From a virus (Duplodnaviria; Caudoviricetes), in the IMG/VR virus record IMGVR_UViG_3300030372_001683, positions 1 to 35,979 of that record: a stretch of 35,979 nt of DNA. One strand, given 5' to 3'. Made by a program: the position numbers and the translations under genes. The notes under the pieces are model-generated. The model searched no databases and was not told the DNA's origin. It saw only the letters and a list, made by a program, of their open reading frames with translations. This document shows, in pieces, positions 33,302-35,979 of this stretch (its first letter is position 1; every line of letters starts with the position of its first letter).

Positions 33302-35979
33302 TTATTTGTCCTCTAATTGTTCTTTGAGTTGTTTTACTTCAGCAGATAACTCTTGAACTGCTTTAATTAATGGCATTACAAATTTGCCATAAGCTAATCT
33401 TTGTTTAGTATTTACACCTTGTTCCCATCCACTAAATTCAACATCCATTTCATCTATTACTTCTTTAACTTCTTGAGCAATTAATCCATCCCAAGTCTTT
33501 CCACTTGATTTTTTAGATGGTTTTTTAATTTTAAATTCTTTTGGGTATTCAGAAGTTGGTTTTGTTTCATATGTAATAGGTCTAAGTTTGTTAATAAACT
33601 CTAATCCAAGTTTTGTATCTTTAATATTTTTCTTAGTTCTAACATCAGATGTAACAGTTATATCTCCACCATCTAAATCATATGTCATTGAATTAGTATT
33701 ATTACCAATTTCTACTACATTATCACTTGCGGTATTTAAACTAAGTCCTGAACCAATTACAATACAACCATCCCTGTCATTAGCATCTACATCCGCATCG
33801 TATCCAATGATAACATTATTAGCCCCAGTAGTTAATAAATTCCCAGCACTTGAACCGACTGCCGTATTGTTATCACCATCGGTAATTGCATATAAAGAAT
33901 GATAACCAATAGCTGTATTATTATTAGCGTTTTGACCATCAGCATCTGCTGACCTCATTGCTTGGTGTCCTAAAGCTGTATTATGAGTCCCATCATCTAA
34001 AAACCTTCCTGATTCATAACCTACATAAGTATTCCAAACTGCTTTTGTAGTAGCATCATCAGCTTCTGCTCCAGCTTTATATCCAATAAATGTCCCAACT
34101 GCAGAAGTCAAATCTTTACCAGCTTGATACCCGATAAAAACTGAACCATCTGCATCATCGTGATTTAATATATGTCCCGCTTGGTATCCAATTAATATAC
34201 ATTCATCTCCAGATGTCATTGCCTCACCAGCTTCTTGCCCTAGCAAAACATTAAGATTACCAGTTGTCATATATCTCCCTGCATATACTCCCATAGCTAC
34301 ATTATGACTACCAGCTGTAATAGCAGCTAAAGTATCTCTACCTACAGCAGTATTAAATTGTGCCGTATCACTATTACCACTACTTCCCCTCATAGAAAAC
34401 ATACCGATGGCAGTATTTGAACCATTAGCTCCAACACCCATTGTTAAATATTGCATAGCATAATTACCAATAGCCATGTTATAAACATTGCCACCAGTTG
34501 TTTGAGAGGCTAAAGCACTTGTACCAATAGATATATTATGACTAGCTGTAGTGTTTGCTCCACTTGAGTCAGAACCAATAGCAATGTTATTACCACAAGT
34601 TGTCATTGCATCTCCCGCAGTTGAACCTAATACTGTATTATGATCACCTTCGGTTAATGCTTTTAATGTATCATGTCCTACTGCCGTATTATTTAACGCT
34701 CCATTTAAAGCCCCACTCATAGCGGTCGCACCTATTGCAACATTTGAATTACTAGCAGCTGTTACCCAAGTACCTCCTCCAGCACTATCTCCTATAAAAA
34801 TATTTTGTTGACCACTAATAGAACCAGTTCCATCCATAGCTAATGAACCTATAGCAATACATCTGTCTAATTCTCCAGTTCCACCTTGACCAGATGCGTT
34901 TCCAACAAAAACATTATGATCTGCATTTGAATTATTAATATATCTTCCTGCATCATCTCCAATAACGACATTATTATTTTCACCACTATCAGCGGTATAT
35001 AATGCTCTTCTTCCAATGGCAACATTATTTGAGTTATTAGTCCAACTATACCCAGAATGGTATCCTATGGCTACATTATAATTACCCGATGCCATATTAA
35101 TCATAGCACCTCGACCAATAGCAGTATTCTGAGAATGACTGCCTCCACTAGCTCCATATAATGCACTATCTCCTACAGCAGTATTTCCACTACCAGTTAC
35201 ATTATGGAATAAAGCATTTGCACCTACTGAAACATTAACAAGGTTACTTCCGTTTTCCTTATTACTAGCTCTATAACCTATTGCTGTACTATATCCATTA
35301 TTTGTACCGCTTTCCATTGCCTCATAACCCACAATAGTATTATGTGAGCCAGTTGTTATAGCTAATCCAGCTTCAAATCCAACAGCCGTATTTTGACCTC
35401 CATCTTCAATTGCATATAAACTTCTATATCCTACAGCAGTATTGTTACTATTTGAATCGCCACTAGCTCCATTTCCCGATTGCCTACCAACATAAGTATT
35501 GTAAGTACCAGTCACATTATAAAATCCAGCACTAGCACCTAAATAAGTATTGCCAGTATCCTCATTATTAGTATCTGAAACTTGAGAATATCCAGCTGCT
35601 CTTCCAACTGCCGTTGTAAAATTACCAACAGTTTCTGCTACTAATGAATCTTGACCTATAGCAGTATTATATTGACCTATTGTAATAGCATAGTTGGCAT
35701 TAGAACCAATTCCTACATTCCAACTTCCTGTAGTAAGACCTCTTGATGAATTAGTTCCTATACTAACATTAAAACTACCACCATTTAATCCTTGATTGGC
35801 TACATCCCAACCCATAAGAACATTATAATTTGAACCTGATTGAACAGTTCCGCCTGTTCCACGCCCAAAAATAGTATTCCCAGTTCCGCCATCATTATTA
35901 GCTAAACTAATTTTAGAGTTGTTATCAAGAACCATAGTTGTGGTATTTGCATTATTAACAGAAAAAATTAATTTACCAT
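33302..35979 (-). CDS. fibre protein with YadA-like beta-roll repeats and C-terminal intramolecular chaperone (peptidase S74)
   Basis: Many NTAVG/NVAIG repeats; TSDVRTKKNI, GLEFINKLRPITY, GLIAQEV and LIKAVQEL; frame is open to the window end. Confidence 0.9.
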   Translation of the reverse strand, partial: GKLIFSVNNANTTTMVLDNNSKISLANNDGGTGNTIFGRGTGGTVQSGSNYNVLMGWDVANQGLNGGSFNVSIGTNSSRGLTTGSWNVGIGSNANYAITIGQYNTAIGQDSLVAETVGNFTTAVGRAAGYSQVSDTNNEDTGNTYLGASAGFYNVTGTYNTYVGRQSGNGASGDSNSNNTAVGYRSLYAIEDGGQNTAVGFEAGLAITTGSHNTIVGYEAMESGTNNGYSTAIGYRASNKENGSNLVNVSVGANALFHNVTGSGNTAVGDSALYGASGGSHSQNTAIGRGAMINMASGNYNVAIGYHSGYSWTNNSNNVAIGRRALYTADSGENNNVVIGDDAGRYINNSNADHNVFVGNASGQGGTGELDRCIAIGSLAMDGTGSISGQQNIFIGDSAGGGTWVTAASNSNVAIGATAMSGALNGALNNTAVGHDTLKALTEGDHNTVLGSTAGDAMTTCGNNIAIGSDSSGANTTASHNISIGTSALASQTTGGNVYNMAIGNYAMQYLTMGVGANGSNTAIGMFSMRGSSGNSDTAQFNTAVGRDTLAAITAGSHNVAMGVYAGRYMTTGNLNVLLGQEAGEAMTSGDECILIGYQAGHILNHDDADGSVFIGYQAGKDLTSAVGTFIGYKAGAEADDATTKAVWNTYVGYESGRFLDDGTHNTALGHQAMRSADADGQNANNNTAIGYHSLYAITDGDNNTAVGSSAGNLLTTGANNVIIGYDADVDANDRDGCIVIGSGLSLNTASDNVVEIGNNTNSMTYDLDGGDITVTSDVRTKKNIKDTKLGLEFINKLRPITYETKPTSEYPKEFKIKKPSKKSSGKTWDGLIAQEVKEVIDEMDVEFSGWEQGVNTKQRLAYGKFVMPLIKAVQELSAEVKQLKEQLEDK

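Noticed and set aside
24-33902. All plus-strand ORFs in the ORF track
   Set aside because: They lie antisense to well-supported minus-strand genes, have the composition of shadow frames and show no recognisable motifs.
33800-35900. CRISPR array or diversity-generating retroelement in the repetitive fibre region
   Set aside because: The repeats are degenerate protein-level repeats. I saw no identical spaced DNA repeats, reverse transcriptase or template/variable repeat pair.
1-35979. Integrase, repressor/lysogeny module, DNA polymerase, tRNA genes, alternative genetic code
   Set aside because: No such motifs recognised; genes tile densely under the standard code.

Overview
This window looks like a complete or nearly complete, circularly permuted genome of an AT-rich tailed dsDNA phage, probably a siphovirus with a fairly short tape measure. 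Every credible gene is on the minus strand. The window ends join in frame inside a ~1024-aa fibre gene. In transcription order the modules are: (i) early/replication genes (Myb/SANT-like and HTH proteins, Hjc-type resolvase, replication initiator); (ii) a DNA base-modification cluster (TET/JBP-type 2OG-Fe(II) dioxygenase, PLP enzyme, amino acid:DNA transferase-like protein, P-loop kinase); (iii) packaging and head genes (TerS, methyltransferase-like protein, TerL, portal, MuF fused to an ADP-ribosyltransferase plus a putative immunity gene, scaffold, capsid); (iv) fibre, holin-like cluster, M15 endolysin and metallophosphoesterase; (v) tail genes, including a -1 frameshifted chaperone. I recognised no DNA polymerase, dUMP hydroxymethylase, C5 cytosine methylase or integrase. 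Two signals stand out. One is an apparently fully post-replicative thymine hypermodification pathway. The other is a pair of intergenic hairpin RNAs whose loops are complementary to an AAGCGA motif at the ribosome-binding sites of four early genes. All family calls come from reading motifs by eye, not from database searches.
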